64,000 bases of DNA from an uncultured candidatus Porisulfidus sp. (GCA_965199755.1 CBDASZ010000001.1:768001-832000), one strand, 5' to 3'; counted from the first letter of the stretch, positions 1-11,142 are shown. Translations and numbers: made by a program. The notes: generated by a model not told the origin, from the letters alone.

Positions 1-2
1 GC

Positions 3-881
3 CAGTTGGAGCGCGAAGGTTTTGAAGTCTCCTACCTGGAGCCGCAGCCGAACGGCCTGCTGGATCTGGACGCCTTGCGCGCAGAGTTGCGTGACGACAC
101 CGTGCTGGTGTCGGTGATGCATGTCAACAATGAGATCGGCGTCATTCAGGACATTGCGGCGATCGGCGAGATGACGCGCGAGCGCAACATCATTCTGCAC
201 GTGGACGCGGCGCAGAGCGCAGGCAAAGTGCAGATTGACATGAACGAAATGAAAGTGGATCTGATGACCCTGTCGGCGCACAAGATTTATGGACCCAAAG
301 GGATTGGCGCGCTGTATATCAGGCGCAAGCCGCGAGTGCGGCTGGAAGCGCAGATTCATGGCGGCGGCCACGAACGCGGTTTGCGTTCCGGGACTTTGCC
401 GACGCATCAGATTGTCGGTATGGGCGAGGCATTCCGCATTGCCAAGGAGGAAATGGTGGAAGAATCCGCGCGCATTCTGGCTTTGCGTCAACGTCTGTGG
501 GAAGGCCTCAACGAAATGGAAGAGGTCTATATCAACGGCGACCTGGAGCAGCGTGTCGCCGGTAACCTGAATGTCAGTTTCAACTTCGTGGAAGGCGAGT
601 CGTTGATTATGGCGCTCAAGGATATTGCCGTCTCCAGCGGTTCAGCCTGTACCTCGGCGTCGCTGGAGCCCAGTTATGTACTGCGCGCGCTAGGGCGCAA
701 CGACGAGCTGGCGCATAGTTCCTTGCGCTTTAGCATTGGACGCTTCACGAGCGAGCAGGAAGTTGATCACACCATTTCGCTGATTAAGCAGGCGGTTGAA
801 CGTCTGCGCGAATTGTCACCGCTGTGGGAAATGCACCAGGAAGGGATTGACCTGGACTCGGTGCAGTGGGCGGTTCACTAA
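3..881 (+). CDS. iscS: Cysteine desulfurase IscS (5' truncated by window edge)
   Basis: PLP-lysine motif [10 protein letters not shown], catalytic SSGSACTS, C-terminal [10 protein letters not shown]; first gene of isc operon. Confidence 0.97.
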   Translation, partial: QLEREGFEVSYLEPQPNGLLDLDALRAELRDDTVLVSVMHVNNEIGVIQDIAAIGEMTRERNIILHVDAAQSAGKVQIDMNEMKVDLMTLSAHKIYGPKGIGALYIRRKPRVRLEAQIHGGGHERGLRSGTLPTHQIVGMGEAFRIAKEEMVEESARILALRQRLWEGLNEMEEVYINGDLEQRVAGNLNVSFNFVEGESLIMALKDIAVSSGSACTSASLEPSYVLRALGRNDELAHSSLRFSIGRFTSEQEVDHTISLIKQAVERLRELSPLWEMHQEGIDLDSVQWAVH

Positions 882-906
882 CTAACTCAATAACAGGAGA
901 TAAATC

Positions 907-1335
907 ATGGCTTACGGTAAAAAAGTTCTGGATCATTACGAGAATCCGCGCAATGTCGGATCAATGGACAAGGGCGACAGTCAGGTCGGCACCGGCATGG
1001 TCGGCGCACCTGCCTGCGGTGATGTGATGAAGTTGCAGATCCGAGTCAACGACAACGGTGTCATTGAAGACGCCAAGTTCAAGACTTACGGCTGCGGTTC
1101 GGCGATCGCGTCATCCAGCCTGCTGACCGAATGGGTCCGCGGCAAGACGCTGGAGGAAGCCGGCCAGATTCGCAACAGCGACATCGCTGAGGAACTGGCG
1201 TTGCCGCCGGTAAAGATTCATTGCTCGGTGCTGGCGGAAGACGCCATTCAGGCGGCGATTTCTGATTATCAGGAAAAGCAGGGCGCTGAATCAGAGACCG
1301 TCGGGGAAGAAGAGTCCGCGGCGCAGCCAGCCTGA
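907..1335 (+). CDS. iscU: Fe-S scaffold IscU
   Basis: [36 protein letters not shown] motifs; AGGAG RBS. Confidence 0.97.
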   Translation: MAYGKKVLDHYENPRNVGSMDKGDSQVGTGMVGAPACGDVMKLQIRVNDNGVIEDAKFKTYGCGSAIASSSLLTEWVRGKTLEEAGQIRNSDIAEELALPPVKIHCSVLAEDAIQAAISDYQEKQGAESETVGEEESAAQPA

Positions 1336-1354
1336 AAACACGCCTGACTCCCCC

Positions 1355-1678
1355 ATGTCTGTCACAGTAACCGAAGCGGCGGCCGAGCGCATCCGCTCGC
1401 ATCTGGGCGAGCGCGGCTACGGCCTGGGCCTGCGCATTGGGGTGAAGACTACGGGTTGCTCCGGCATGGCGTATGTGCTTGAGTTTGCCGATGAACTTGA
1501 AGAAAACGATCATCTGTTTGAGGACAAGGGCGTGAAACTGGTAGTGGCACCTAAAAGCTTGGTCTATCTGGAAGGTACTGAGCTGGATTACGGTCGGGAA
1601 GGATTAAACGAAGGCTTCCGTTTCACCAATCCCAACGAGAAAGCGCGTTGCGGTTGCGGAGAAAGCTTCAGCATCTAG
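1355..1678 (+). CDS. iscA: Fe-S assembly protein IscA
   Basis: TTGCSGMAY and C-terminal CGCGESF. Confidence 0.96.
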   Translation: MSVTVTEAAAERIRSHLGERGYGLGLRIGVKTTGCSGMAYVLEFADELEENDHLFEDKGVKLVVAPKSLVYLEGTELDYGREGLNEGFRFTNPNEKARCGCGESFSI

Positions 1679-1700
1679 CTCACAGATGAGGGGGGCAGCC

Positions 1701-2225
1701 GTGGCGCTGACACTTCCGCAAAATTACTTTGAACTGTTTCAACTGCCGTGCGCCCCTGTGGTGGATACGCAGCAGTTGACAGAGCGCTATCGCGCGTTGC
1801 AGCACGAGCTGCACCCGGACCGCTACGCGACCGCGCCGGATTCAGAACGCCGACTGGCCGCGGCGGCTGCCGCCCATGTCAATCAGGCGTATCAGATACT
1901 GGGAGACCGGCACGCGCGGGCGATCTATCTCCTCGAACTGCAAGAAATCACCATTGATGATGAGCGCGACACTTCGCAGGACGCGGAATTTCTGATGCAC
2001 CAGATGGAATTGCATGAGCAAATAGAGGAACTGGGCACTGCTGCGGAGGTGGCGGAGTTTGAGGCGTTGCTGGAGCGCGAGGAAGAGACTCTGTGGGAGG
2101 CGTTTCAGGCAAATTATCAACAGCAGCAATGGGAAGGCGCACGCGACACCTTGCTCAAACTTCGATTCTATCGTCGGCTGAAACGGCAAACCGGCGAACT
2201 TCAGGTGCGGATGCCCGCGGCATAA
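1701..2225 (+). CDS. hscB: Co-chaperone HscB (start GTG 1701 or ATG 1686)
   Basis: NYFELF, J-domain HPD, FLMxQMEL; operon position. Confidence 0.93.
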   Translation: MALTLPQNYFELFQLPCAPVVDTQQLTERYRALQHELHPDRYATAPDSERRLAAAAAAHVNQAYQILGDRHARAIYLLELQEITIDDERDTSQDAEFLMHQMELHEQIEELGTAAEVAEFEALLEREEETLWEAFQANYQQQQWEGARDTLLKLRFYRRLKRQTGELQVRMPAA

Positions 2226-2228
2226 GTT

Positions 2229-4055
2229 ATGGCGCTGCTGCAAATTTCTGAACCAGGCCAGACCGCAGCCGCCCAGCGCGTCTGCGGCATTGATCTGGGC
2301 ACCACGCATTCACTGGTCGCGCTGGCGCGCGACGGCGAGGCGCATACGCTGGCGGATAATGACGGAAGCCATCGCTTGCCTTCCGTGGTGCGCTATACGG
2401 ATGAGGGCACGGTTGAGGTTGGTGCGACCGCGATGCGGGACTCAGGTGCGTTCTTTTCGATCAAGCGATTGATGGGACGCTCTGGAGAAGAAGTCGCCGA
2501 TACGTTTGTTGTGGAAGACGCGCAAGCGACCGTGCCGCGCTTCACCACTCCGGCAGGGCCCAAAACAGCGGTCGAGATTTCGGCTGAAATTCTGCGTCCA
2601 CTGGCCCGGCGTGCGTGTGCCGAACTGAACGGAGAACTTGACGGTGCTGTAATCACGGTGCCAGCGTATTTCGATGAGGCGCAGCGTCAGGCGACCAAAG
2701 ATGCCGCACGGCTTGCCGGATTGCACGTACTGCGACTGATCAATGAGCCGACCGCCGCGGCCATCGCCTACGGACTGGGGCAGCAGCATGACGAGGAAGT
2801 GATCGCGGTCTTTGATCTAGGCGGTGGGACTTTTGATATTTCGGTTTTGCGGCTCAATCAGGGTGTCTTCGAAGTGCTTGCGACGGGCGGTGATACGGTT
2901 CTGGGCGGGGATGACTTTGATCAGCTGTTGCTGGAGCGCTATGTGGCGGCGCAGGATGATTCTGTCGATTCATCGCGGCATCGCGAGATCCTGGTCGCGG
3001 CGCGGGAAGCACGGGAGCATCTATCGGAAACTTCAGAGGTGCAGATGCAGTGCGCTAATATGGCATCGCTCGCAGTCACACGTGAACAACTTGAGGGATG
3101 GAGCGCGCCGCTGCTTGATCGTATGCTGCAGCGTTGTCGCCAGGCATTGGCGGATGCGGGTGTGACGGTGCAAGAAGTCGGTGAGGTGGTGCTGGTCGGC
3201 GGCATGACGCGCATGCCTTATGTACGACGCGAGGTGGAAGAGTTTTTCGGACGTCAGCCGCACACGGATCTCAACCCTGATCGGGTGGTGGCTTTGGGGG
3301 CCGCCATTCAGGCCGAAGCCCTGACTCTGGGCGCGCAGTCCGATTTGCTGCTGCTGGATGTCATTCCACTGTCGCTGGGCATTGAAATTATGGGCGGACT
3401 GGTGGAGCGAGTCATGGAGCGCAATACCACCATACCGGCGCATCATACGCAGGAGTTCACTACCTTCAAGGACGGCCAGACCGCCATGTCAATCCATGTG
3501 GTGCAAGGAGAGCGGGACCGGGTATCCGATTGTCGCTCGCTGGCGCGCTTTGAGCTGCGTGGCATCCCGCCGATGACGGCGGGCGCGGCGCGCATTCAGG
3601 TGGGCTTCCAAGTGGATGCCGACGGCTTGTTGGAAGTGGAAGCGCGAGAGCAGACCAGTGACGCGCGGGCCGGAGTATCAGTACAGCCTTCCTACGGACT
3701 GGAAGAGGCGGAGATCGAGCGCATGCTGCGAGAATCCGTCAGTCATGCGGAAGAAGACGTGGCGGCACGGGCATTGGTCGAGCAGCAAGTCGAAGCGGAT
3801 CGTGTCTTGCAGGCACTGGAAGATGCGCTGGCGGTGGACGGCGAGGTGCTGCTGGATGTTGAAGAACATCAGGCCATTGACGCGCTTGCGCAGAGTTTGC
3901 GCGAACAGCGTGAGGGAGACGATGCGGAGACCATTCGCGCCGCAATCAAGGCGCTGGAGGTGGGCTGCGAAATCTATGTGGAGCGGCGCATGAACCAGAA
4001 TATTCAGCGCGTCATGCAGGGCCATCATGTGGCCGAGTTTCAGGAGGGCGAATGA
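2229..4055 (+). CDS. hscA: Chaperone HscA (Hsp70 family)
   Basis: [10 protein letters not shown]-terminus, [23 protein letters not shown]. Confidence 0.96.
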   Translation: MALLQISEPGQTAAAQRVCGIDLGTTHSLVALARDGEAHTLADNDGSHRLPSVVRYTDEGTVEVGATAMRDSGAFFSIKRLMGRSGEEVADTFVVEDAQATVPRFTTPAGPKTAVEISAEILRPLARRACAELNGELDGAVITVPAYFDEAQRQATKDAARLAGLHVLRLINEPTAAAIAYGLGQQHDEEVIAVFDLGGGTFDISVLRLNQGVFEVLATGGDTVLGGDDFDQLLLERYVAAQDDSVDSSRHREILVAAREAREHLSETSEVQMQCANMASLAVTREQLEGWSAPLLDRMLQRCRQALADAGVTVQEVGEVVLVGGMTRMPYVRREVEEFFGRQPHTDLNPDRVVALGAAIQAEALTLGAQSDLLLLDVIPLSLGIEIMGGLVERVMERNTTIPAHHTQEFTTFKDGQTAMSIHVVQGERDRVSDCRSLARFELRGIPPMTAGAARIQVGFQVDADGLLEVEAREQTSDARAGVSVQPSYGLEEAEIERMLRESVSHAEEDVAARALVEQQVEADRVLQALEDALAVDGEVLLDVEEHQAIDALAQSLREQREGDDAETIRAAIKALEVGCEIYVERRMNQNIQRVMQGHHVAEFQEGE

Positions 4056-4393
4056 TGCCGGTATTACATTTTATGGCGCACGTGGAAATCTGTCCCGAAG
4101 AGCGCACGATCGAAGTGGAACCGGGTGTGAGCATTTGCGATGCGGCGTTGTCGCATGGCATTGATATTGAGCATGCCTGCGAGAAATCCTGCGCGTGCAC
4201 CACGTGTCATGTGTATGTTCGCGCTGGAGGCGCGTCGCTGAATGAGACGACTGAAGATGAAGAAGACTTGCTGGATCGGGCTTGGGGGCTGGATCCGGAC
4301 TCACGGTTGAGCTGTCAGACGATTGTCGGCGAGGAAGATCTGACCATTGAATTGCCGCGCTACACCCTGAACCAGGTTTCAGAAAATCACTAG
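4052..4393 (+). CDS. fdx: ISC [2Fe-2S] ferredoxin
   Basis: [13 protein letters not shown] and SRLSCQ. Confidence 0.96.
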   Translation: MMPVLHFMAHVEICPEERTIEVEPGVSICDAALSHGIDIEHACEKSCACTTCHVYVRAGGASLNETTEDEEDLLDRAWGLDPDSRLSCQTIVGEEDLTIELPRYTLNQVSENH

Positions 4394-4402
4394 GAGGCTG
4401 TT

Positions 4403-4603
4403 ATGTCATTATGCTGGACGGACACGCTGGAAATCGCGATACAACTGGAAGATGAGCACCCGGACGTGGATCCGCAGTATGTGCGATTCACGGACTTGCG
4501 CGACTGGGTTATGGCGCTGGAGGAGTTTGACGATGACCCGGAGCGTTGCGGAGAGCGCATCCTTGAAGCCATTCAGATGGCTTGGATTGACGAGCATGAG
4601 TGA
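4403..4603 (+). CDS. iscX: Fe-S assembly protein IscX
   Basis: WTD..EIA, VRFTDL, ILEAIQMAW. Confidence 0.95.
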   Translation: MSLCWTDTLEIAIQLEDEHPDVDPQYVRFTDLRDWVMALEEFDDDPERCGERILEAIQMAWIDEHE

Positions 4604-4699
4604 GTATCAGACAGCCCCTGTGATAAAATTCGCCGCGCATTCAGTTCGCGTGGCCTCGTTCGCGGCGGATCACTCAACAGCATCGTACCGTTCATAGCC

Positions 4700-5353
4700 A
4701 TGCGCATTATTCTTTTAGGTGGGCCGGGTGCCGGCAAAGGCACGCAGTCAAATTTCATTGCGGCGCGCTACGGCATTCCGCAGATCTCGACTGGTGACAT
4801 GCTGCGCACCGAGAAAGCCAAAGGCTCGACTTTAGGCAAGCAGGCCGGAGAAATCATGGATGCAGGCGGACTGGTGCCGGACGAATTAATTCTGGACATG
4901 ATCGAGCAACGTATCGCCGAGGAAGATTGCGTGGAAGGGTTTCTGCTTGACGGATTCCCGCGCACCATAGCCCAGGCTGAGGCGCTGCAGGATGATGAGG
5001 TCACTATCGACCACGTGATGGAGATCCGAGTCGATGATGAAGAGATCATTCGCCGCATGAGCGGACGCCGGGTGCATCCGGGCTCCGGGCGCGCCTATCA
5101 CATCGAGTTCAATCCGCCGAAAACCGAAGGCATAGACGACGTCACCGGCGAGGAGCTGATTCAGCGCGATGACGATCGTGAAGAAGTGGTGCGCCAGCGT
5201 CTGGATGTGTATCACGAGCAGACCGAGCCACTGATTGAACACTATTCGCAGTTGTCGGAATCCGGCGGCGAAGACGCGCCGGCTTATCATGTCGTCAATG
5301 GCGTAGGCTCCATTGATAATATTCGGGATCAGATTTTTGACGCTCTGGATTGA
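4700..5353 (+). CDS. adk: Adenylate kinase
   Basis: [11 protein letters not shown]-loop, [22 protein letters not shown]. Confidence 0.97.
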   Translation: MRIILLGGPGAGKGTQSNFIAARYGIPQISTGDMLRTEKAKGSTLGKQAGEIMDAGGLVPDELILDMIEQRIAEEDCVEGFLLDGFPRTIAQAEALQDDEVTIDHVMEIRVDDEEIIRRMSGRRVHPGSGRAYHIEFNPPKTEGIDDVTGEELIQRDDDREEVVRQRLDVYHEQTEPLIEHYSQLSESGGEDAPAYHVVNGVGSIDNIRDQIFDALD

Positions 5354-5395
5354 GCGCGTCAGTTACAAACACGCACGGCTTTTGGAGAGAGCATT

Positions 5396-5869
5396 ATGGG
5401 AACGCCAACTTTGTTCACAGCGATTTTGGGAGTCTTGATTGCCATCACGGTGGTGCTGTTCATCGTCGCGCAGAACGTGGTCGACTCGGACCCGAAATGG
5501 GACGATGCGCGAGTCGCGCAGACCATTCAGGAGCGTCTCACTCCGGTCGGCAAGCTGAACACCTCAGGTGAGCCGATTGTGACGAGTCCCGTGAATTTTA
5601 TGTCTGAAGCCCAGGCGGCTCCGGACTATGCTTCCGGCGAGGCCGTGTATGCCGCAGTGTGTCAGGCGTGCCATAGCACCGGTGTGCTGAACTCCCCCAA
5701 ACTGGGAGATCCGGCGTCCTGGGGTGACCGGCTGGCTAAAGACAAGGAGACCCTCTATCAGAGCGTGTTGAACGGTCTCAATCTGATGCCGCCGCGCGGC
5801 GGACGTCCCGATCTGTCGGGCGAGCAGATCCGAATGGCTGTGGACTATATGCTCGACAGCCTCAACTAG
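5396..5869 (+). CDS. Membrane-anchored cytochrome c5 family protein
   Basis: N-terminal TM, ERLTPVG, single CQACH heme motif, distal MPPRGG. Confidence 0.9.
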   Translation: MGTPTLFTAILGVLIAITVVLFIVAQNVVDSDPKWDDARVAQTIQERLTPVGKLNTSGEPIVTSPVNFMSEAQAAPDYASGEAVYAAVCQACHSTGVLNSPKLGDPASWGDRLAKDKETLYQSVLNGLNLMPPRGGRPDLSGEQIRMAVDYMLDSLN

Positions 5870-6147
5870 TCGGATTGCTTCTCGTAAGTCTCGCGTTCAA
5901 TTTCGTCGAGACGGGCCTGTAGAGTCGCCAGCGTGATGCGTGTGCGTTTCAGCAGTTCCGCCTGCACCGCGAACTCTTCGCGCGTGATAATGTCCAGATA
6001 TTGCAAGGCATTGTCCAGTACCAGCTGGAGGGTGTTCGTCAGCTCACCACGCGCCATTTTCAAAGGTTCCGGCTCAACCGATTTGAGTCGGACTTCGACG
6101 CGACGTTTAAGTTCTTCGAGTTGTTCCGTATCCAGTAGTGTTTCCAT
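5866..6147 (-). CDS. ubiK: UbiK/BMFP family accessory factor
   Basis: LDIITREEFAVQAELLKRTR coiled-coil signature. Confidence 0.8.
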   Translation of the reverse strand: METLLDTEQLEELKRRVEVRLKSVEPEPLKMARGELTNTLQLVLDNALQYLDIITREEFAVQAELLKRTRITLATLQARLDEIERETYEKQSD

Positions 6148-6234
6148 TTGAGCGAGAGTTGGAAGTAGTGATTAATCTATTGTTGATAAAATGAAATAGC
6201 GTTCAACGCATTTTTAATTATAAAGAAGACAGCA

Positions 6235-7122
6235 ATGGCGTCACCGTCTCAGCCCCCGCCGGCATCGCCGATTGATCCGGTTGAATTGACCCATGACAGC
6301 ACGTTTCAGTTCCGTTGTCACAAGGATATTGCTTGTTTCAATGCGTGTTGCAAAAGCATTGATTTGCAACTCACGCCGTACGATATTGTGCGCCTGAAAA
6401 ACTACTTCAACCTCAGTTCCAGTGAATTTGTCGCCCGGTATACTGTCCCGTTTGAGATGGACGCGCATGGCATGCCAGGACTCAAGATGGCGACCAAGAC
6501 AGGCGGTGGTGAGTGCGTGCATTTGACCGAGGAGGGCTGCGGGGTGTATGAAGATCGCCCGGCGGCGTGTCGCTACTATGCGCTCGGCAATGTGGGCATG
6601 CGAAAGAAAGACACCAGCGCGGTTGAGGATGTCTACTTCGTTGTGCGCGAGCCGCACTGTCTGGGACATGAAGAGCCGCACACACAGACGGTGGCGGAGT
6701 ATCGCGAAGATCAGGGCCTGGTCGCATACGATGAACACAATCGACGCTGGCGGGAATTGATTCTGCGCAAGCGTTCCGCAGGGCCCACCGTCGGTGCGCC
6801 ATCGCCGCGCAGTCTGCAACTTTTTGATATGTGCAGTTATGATGTGGACAGTTTTCGGGAATTTCTGCAAAGTCCTTCCTTCCAGCAATATGTTGATTTG
6901 CCTGAGGAGGAATTGCAGGAGTTGCTATGCGATGAGGAGAAACTACTGGACTTCTCCTTACGTTTTCTGGAACAAGTGTTGTTTGGCGGCGATGCCGTCA
7001 AACTGCAGCCGGACGCTCGGGAAAAGCGCATTGAAGCGCGCCGGGGAGTCTGGCAGGAACGTCGCGATCAAAGCGTCAGGGAGCATCAGGAAGAACTGCA
7101 GCGTCAGCAGTATGAGGGATAA
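6235..7122 (+). CDS. YkgJ/UPF0153 family cysteine-cluster protein
   Basis: FRCHKDIACFNACC, LTPYDI, CVHL..GCGVYEDRPAACRYY. Confidence 0.85.
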   Translation: MASPSQPPPASPIDPVELTHDSTFQFRCHKDIACFNACCKSIDLQLTPYDIVRLKNYFNLSSSEFVARYTVPFEMDAHGMPGLKMATKTGGGECVHLTEEGCGVYEDRPAACRYYALGNVGMRKKDTSAVEDVYFVVREPHCLGHEEPHTQTVAEYREDQGLVAYDEHNRRWRELILRKRSAGPTVGAPSPRSLQLFDMCSYDVDSFREFLQSPSFQQYVDLPEEELQELLCDEEKLLDFSLRFLEQVLFGGDAVKLQPDAREKRIEARRGVWQERRDQSVREHQEELQRQQYEG

Positions 7123-7125
7123 GAC

Positions 7126-7650
7126 ATGAGAATCGGGTTGCTTTCCGATACGCATGGCTGGCTGGATCCACGCATCAGTTCAGTCTTGTCCGAGGCTGAC
7201 TGCATTGTGCACGCGGGAGATGTTCTGGGCGCACACATACTGGAGCAGTTGCACACCTTGAGCCGAGACGGCCAGGTGATCGCGGTGGCGGGAAATAATG
7301 ACCGCTTCCACGGCAGCGATCTGCCAGATGAACAAGAACTGCCTTTACCGGGAGGCTGCTTGACGGTGGTGCATGGGGATCGCTTTGGCAGCCCTCCGCA
7401 GCATGGTCGGATGCGCCAGCAGTGGCCGCAGTCTCGCGCGATTGTCTACGGCCACACGCACCGTGTGGCTCAGGATCAGGAAGCCGAACCCTGGGTGCTG
7501 AATCCGGGTGCTGCAGGGCGCACCCGGTTGCGCGGCGGGCCGTCGTGCATGATGCTGACCGCGCACGTGCAGCGCTGGGAACTGGATCTCTACCAATTTT
7601 CACTATCAGAACAGGACGAATCATGTCCCTCGGTCGCCGCCATATTTTGA
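7126..7650 (+). CDS. Metallophosphoesterase (YfcE/MJ0936 family)
   Basis: SDTH, HAGD, GNND, HG, GHTH, NPG motifs. Confidence 0.9.
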   Translation: MRIGLLSDTHGWLDPRISSVLSEADCIVHAGDVLGAHILEQLHTLSRDGQVIAVAGNNDRFHGSDLPDEQELPLPGGCLTVVHGDRFGSPPQHGRMRQQWPQSRAIVYGHTHRVAQDQEAEPWVLNPGAAGRTRLRGGPSCMMLTAHVQRWELDLYQFSLSEQDESCPSVAAIF

Positions 7651-8744
7651 AGCTGCTGGAGTCGGCCGGGATTGTAGAGAACGGCCCCGACGTCTGCGAT
7701 ATCCAGGTCCGCGACCCTCGTCTGTATCGGCGCGTTCTGCTGCAGGGAAGTCTGGGGCTGGGCGAGGCATATATGGATGGCTGGTGGGATTGTCTGGCGT
7801 TGGAGGAGTTTTTCTTTCGAGTGATTCTCGCGCGACTGGATACGCAGGTGCACAGTTTCAGTAATGCCACCAATGCAATGATGGCGCGCTTGCGCAACAT
7901 GCAAAGCCGGATGCGCTCAGGCATCGTGGCGCGCCAGCACTATGACATTGGCAACGATCTGTACAAGACCATGCTGGACAAGCGCATGATGTATTCCTGC
8001 GGCTATTGGCGCGAGGCTGATGATCTGGATGCCGCGCAGGAAGCGAAGCTGGAATTGATTGCCTGCAAACTGGAGTTGAGGCCAGGTGATCGGGTCTTGG
8101 ACATTGGCTGCGGCTGGGGCGGGGCCTGCGAGTTTTTTGCGAAAGAATATGGTGCTCATGTGGTGGGAGTGACCGTGTCGCAAGGACAGTATGAACTGGC
8201 ACAGCAACGTTGCGAGGGTTTGCCGGTGACGATCCTGAAAACGGACTATCGCGACCTTGCGGACGATGCGGAATTTGAGGCGGTCTATTCCATTGGCATG
8301 TTCGAGCACGTCGGCTACAAAAACTACGACACTTACATGAGCAAGGTGCATTCCATGCTGCCGGAAGGCGGGCGCTTTCTGCTGCACACGATTGGCAACT
8401 CCACCACCTTGACGCACAGCGACCCCTGGATCAATCGTTATATCTTCCCGAACGGGATGACGCCATCCCCGACGCAGATCAGCGAATCAATTGAGCCTTA
8501 CTTCGTGATGGAAGACTGGCACAACTTCGGACTGGATTATGAGCGCACGCTGATGGAGTGGCGTGGGAACTTCGAACTTGCTTGGGAAGAGGACCTGCAG
8601 GATAACTATGACGACCGCTTCTTCCGCATGTGGCGTTATTACTTGAGTTGCAGCGCCGCTTCCTTCCGCGCTCGACAAAGCCAGTTATGGCAGATTCTAC
8701 TGGTTCGTGACGGACTGAATGAGATGGTGCCGGCGTGCCGGTAG
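7623..8744 (+). CDS. cfa: Cyclopropane fatty acyl phospholipid synthase
   Basis: GSLGLGEAYMDGWW, HYDIGNDLY, LDIGCGWG, SIGMFEHVG; start moved to ATG 7623. Confidence 0.94.
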   Translation: MSLGRRHILKLLESAGIVENGPDVCDIQVRDPRLYRRVLLQGSLGLGEAYMDGWWDCLALEEFFFRVILARLDTQVHSFSNATNAMMARLRNMQSRMRSGIVARQHYDIGNDLYKTMLDKRMMYSCGYWREADDLDAAQEAKLELIACKLELRPGDRVLDIGCGWGGACEFFAKEYGAHVVGVTVSQGQYELAQQRCEGLPVTILKTDYRDLADDAEFEAVYSIGMFEHVGYKNYDTYMSKVHSMLPEGGRFLLHTIGNSTTLTHSDPWINRYIFPNGMTPSPTQISESIEPYFVMEDWHNFGLDYERTLMEWRGNFELAWEEDLQDNYDDRFFRMWRYYLSCSAASFRARQSQLWQILLVRDGLNEMVPACR

Positions 8745-8756
8745 GCACAACATCGA

Positions 8757-9209
8757 TCAGCCGCAGCCTCCGGCGGTGACCGTCACTTCTCTGGACGCTT
8801 GAAACAGGCCCTCCGAGGTATGCGCGAGGGCGACCACGCGCGTAGTGGCGCGCATCTTCACACGCAGTGATACAAATGGTTCGGTGGCTTCTCCGATGTG
8901 TGCGACGGTAATTAGCGGCACCGGATTGGCCTCGACCAGAATGCTGATTTTCTGGATGCCGGGCAGTGGCGCGTAGACCTGAACCGGCACTTTGCTGCTG
9001 TCTTCAGCGAGATCCGGCACATCCAGTTCAATGTCGGCATGTTCCTGAGGAGTCTGCCCATCAGTCAGCAGAGCTATCGCCTCATCCATTTCTGTGGCGT
9101 CAAAGGATTCTGAGCGCGCGAACAGCGGGGCGGCCAGTGCGATGCCGGGCAGAGCGGCGAGCCCTTGCAACAGGCGGCGGCGGGTATGAATCAATCGTGG
9201 AGAGGTCAT
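8757..9209 (-). CDS. soxY: SoxY-family sulfur carrier protein, Tat-exported
   Basis: Twin-arginine TRRRLLQG signal, AEDSSKVPV, NPVP, LRVKM, C-terminal VTAGGCG; start ATG 9209. Confidence 0.85.
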   Translation of the reverse strand: MTSPRLIHTRRRLLQGLAALPGIALAAPLFARSESFDATEMDEAIALLTDGQTPQEHADIELDVPDLAEDSSKVPVQVYAPLPGIQKISILVEANPVPLITVAHIGEATEPFVSLRVKMRATTRVVALAHTSEGLFQASREVTVTAGGCG

Positions 9210-9231
9210 GGGGCGTATTTTACTGGGTCGG

Positions 9232-10710
9232 TTATAGTGCTTCCGCCATTTCCAGAATTTGCTTGCGGCGTTGCTGCACCCGGGCCTGATTGGCCGAATT
9301 AATTTTGATGTGCTTTTCCGCCAGTTCCACTTGCTGCACGGCGAGACGCAACTTGTACTGACTGATGTAATGATCGGCCAGCGCCAGATGAACAACGGCG
9401 GGCTGATTTGTGGCATCGGCGGCTTCCGCAAGCAGCCGATAACTTTGCGGGTCCTGAACGCCTCGGCGGATACGGACCCGCGCAAGGCGCAGAGCCTCTT
9501 GGGCATTCCCCATATCCAGATGGGCCTGAATCAGATACCACTCGATGTCATTGTGTTGCGGAAACTGCTCATACAGGGCGAGCAAGCGCTCCAGCGCTTG
9601 TTCGATCTGGCCCAGATGTTTTACGGAACGGATCGCAGCCAGTTCGAGCAGCAAGGCCACGCCGGGTGTGGCGGGTTGGATCTTTTGCAGTTCCGCGAGC
9701 GCGCGCTCATCTTCATTCCGTCGCTGCAAGACTACGGCAAAACCATAGCGTTGCACGTCAGTCAACTCATTCCCCAGAGCCAGGTTTTGGTAGTGTTGGA
9801 GGCGCACGTGCGGAGCAACCAGCAACGCATTCAGGCGTTCGCGGATATAAGAAAATTTAGGACGGTCCTTGATGAAGCGACCTTTATATTGAAGGGCGCG
9901 GTTCTGCGCTTCCACAATACGCGACTGGCTTGTTGGATGCGTGCTGAGATACTCGAAGTCTTTGCCCTGAGGCTGTGAGGATTTCTTCATCAGCACATGG
10001 AAGAAATTGGCGACGCCATTTGGATCAATGCCGGCCTTGGCCAGGTAGCGCGTGGCGAAGCGATCGGCTTCCTGCTCGCTGGCGCGGCTGTGATTGAGGA
10101 ACTCCTGAATCTGCGCGGCTTGTCCCACCATCAGGGTGGGCAATATGGTGGACAAACTGTAAGCCCCGGCGAGCAAGACGGCGGCGGACGCCAGAATGCT
10201 CAGATTGGAATGCTCCATTTCGTCGTACATTCGGGCGATGTGGCGCTGGGTCACATGGGCCATTTCGTGAGCCAGCACGCCAAGCAACTCCGATTCGGTG
10301 TTGGCCTGACCAATCAAGCCGGTATTGAAGGCCAGTAGCCCGCCGGGCATGGCGAAGGCGTTAATGTCACGCGAGCGCACAATCAAAATGTCAAATTCCA
10401 GTTCAATGTCATTGCTGGCGCGAAGTTGCGCGAGCAAGGTTTGCATATAGGTGTTGGATTCCGGGTCGTCTTCTATAGGCAGTTCTCCGTAAAGGCGAGC
10501 ACGCAGCAGTTTCTTGAGATTGGCCTCCTCCGCAGGGGTTATGGTGCGGTCAGCGAGCTCGCCGACGCCGGGCAGGGCGGTGTCATCAATAATGTTGTGG
10601 TGTTCATCGGCGCTCACATCAGTGGCAAGGATGCCGAGCAGGAGTCCCGCGCTCCACGTGAGAGGGCGGCGATTTCGCGTATGGACGGGCGACTGAGGCA
10701 CTGAGTACAT
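9232..10710 (-). CDS. bepA: M48 metalloprotease with TPR domain (BepA/YfgC)
   Basis: INAFAMPGG, HEMAH zinc motif, EQEADR, LSTHP, helical C-terminal repeats. Confidence 0.88.
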   Translation of the reverse strand: MYSVPQSPVHTRNRRPLTWSAGLLLGILATDVSADEHHNIIDDTALPGVGELADRTITPAEEANLKKLLRARLYGELPIEDDPESNTYMQTLLAQLRASNDIELEFDILIVRSRDINAFAMPGGLLAFNTGLIGQANTESELLGVLAHEMAHVTQRHIARMYDEMEHSNLSILASAAVLLAGAYSLSTILPTLMVGQAAQIQEFLNHSRASEQEADRFATRYLAKAGIDPNGVANFFHVLMKKSSQPQGKDFEYLSTHPTSQSRIVEAQNRALQYKGRFIKDRPKFSYIRERLNALLVAPHVRLQHYQNLALGNELTDVQRYGFAVVLQRRNEDERALAELQKIQPATPGVALLLELAAIRSVKHLGQIEQALERLLALYEQFPQHNDIEWYLIQAHLDMGNAQEALRLARVRIRRGVQDPQSYRLLAEAADATNQPAVVHLALADHYISQYKLRLAVQQVELAEKHIKINSANQARVQQRRKQILEMAEAL

Positions 10711-10792
10711 AGCGGCAGCAGAAATAATCAGTATTTAGTATTTTATAGAGTAAAATTGGTTCCCCGACTATTTGTACGGAGAGGAATCCCTC

Positions 10793-11023
10793 ATGTCCGA
10801 TTTTGACCAGGAACTGGATGCCTGCGGCTTGAACTGTCCGCTCCCCATTCTACGCGCGAAAAAGACTCTAGCCAAAATGGATAGCGGCCAGGTCTTGCAC
10901 ATCATTGCGACCGATCCGGGTGCGGTCAAGGATTTCGAGTCCTTTGCCCGTCAGACCGGCAATCCGCTGCTGGAATCCGACGAGCGGGAAGGAAAGTTTT
11001 ATTTCCGCCTGCAAAAAGCCTAA
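10793..11023 (+). CDS. tusA: Sulfur carrier TusA family
   Basis: LDACGLNCPLP motif; GGAGAGG RBS before ATG 10793. Confidence 0.92.
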   Translation: MSDFDQELDACGLNCPLPILRAKKTLAKMDSGQVLHIIATDPGAVKDFESFARQTGNPLLESDEREGKFYFRLQKA

Positions 11024-11142
11024 ACAGGGTGCTGAGGCGCGACGCGGTGCGCCGGATTCACTGCCAATCATTTGAAAATCCGCTATTTTTGACGCACAAT
11101 AGTCGTTAGAACACGTTGCCTCTGTATTGAGGGGGCAGCCTC

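Noticed and set aside
4700-5353. adk directly after iscX as a functional link
   Set aside because: Separated by ~96 nt; housekeeping gene shuffling is enough to explain it
6184-6197. FNR box TTGAT...ATGAA
   Set aside because: Spacer is 3 rather than 4 nt and the second half-site is mismatched
8479-8748. Possible soxZ downstream of soxY
   Set aside because: Antisense to cfa and has no SoxZ motifs
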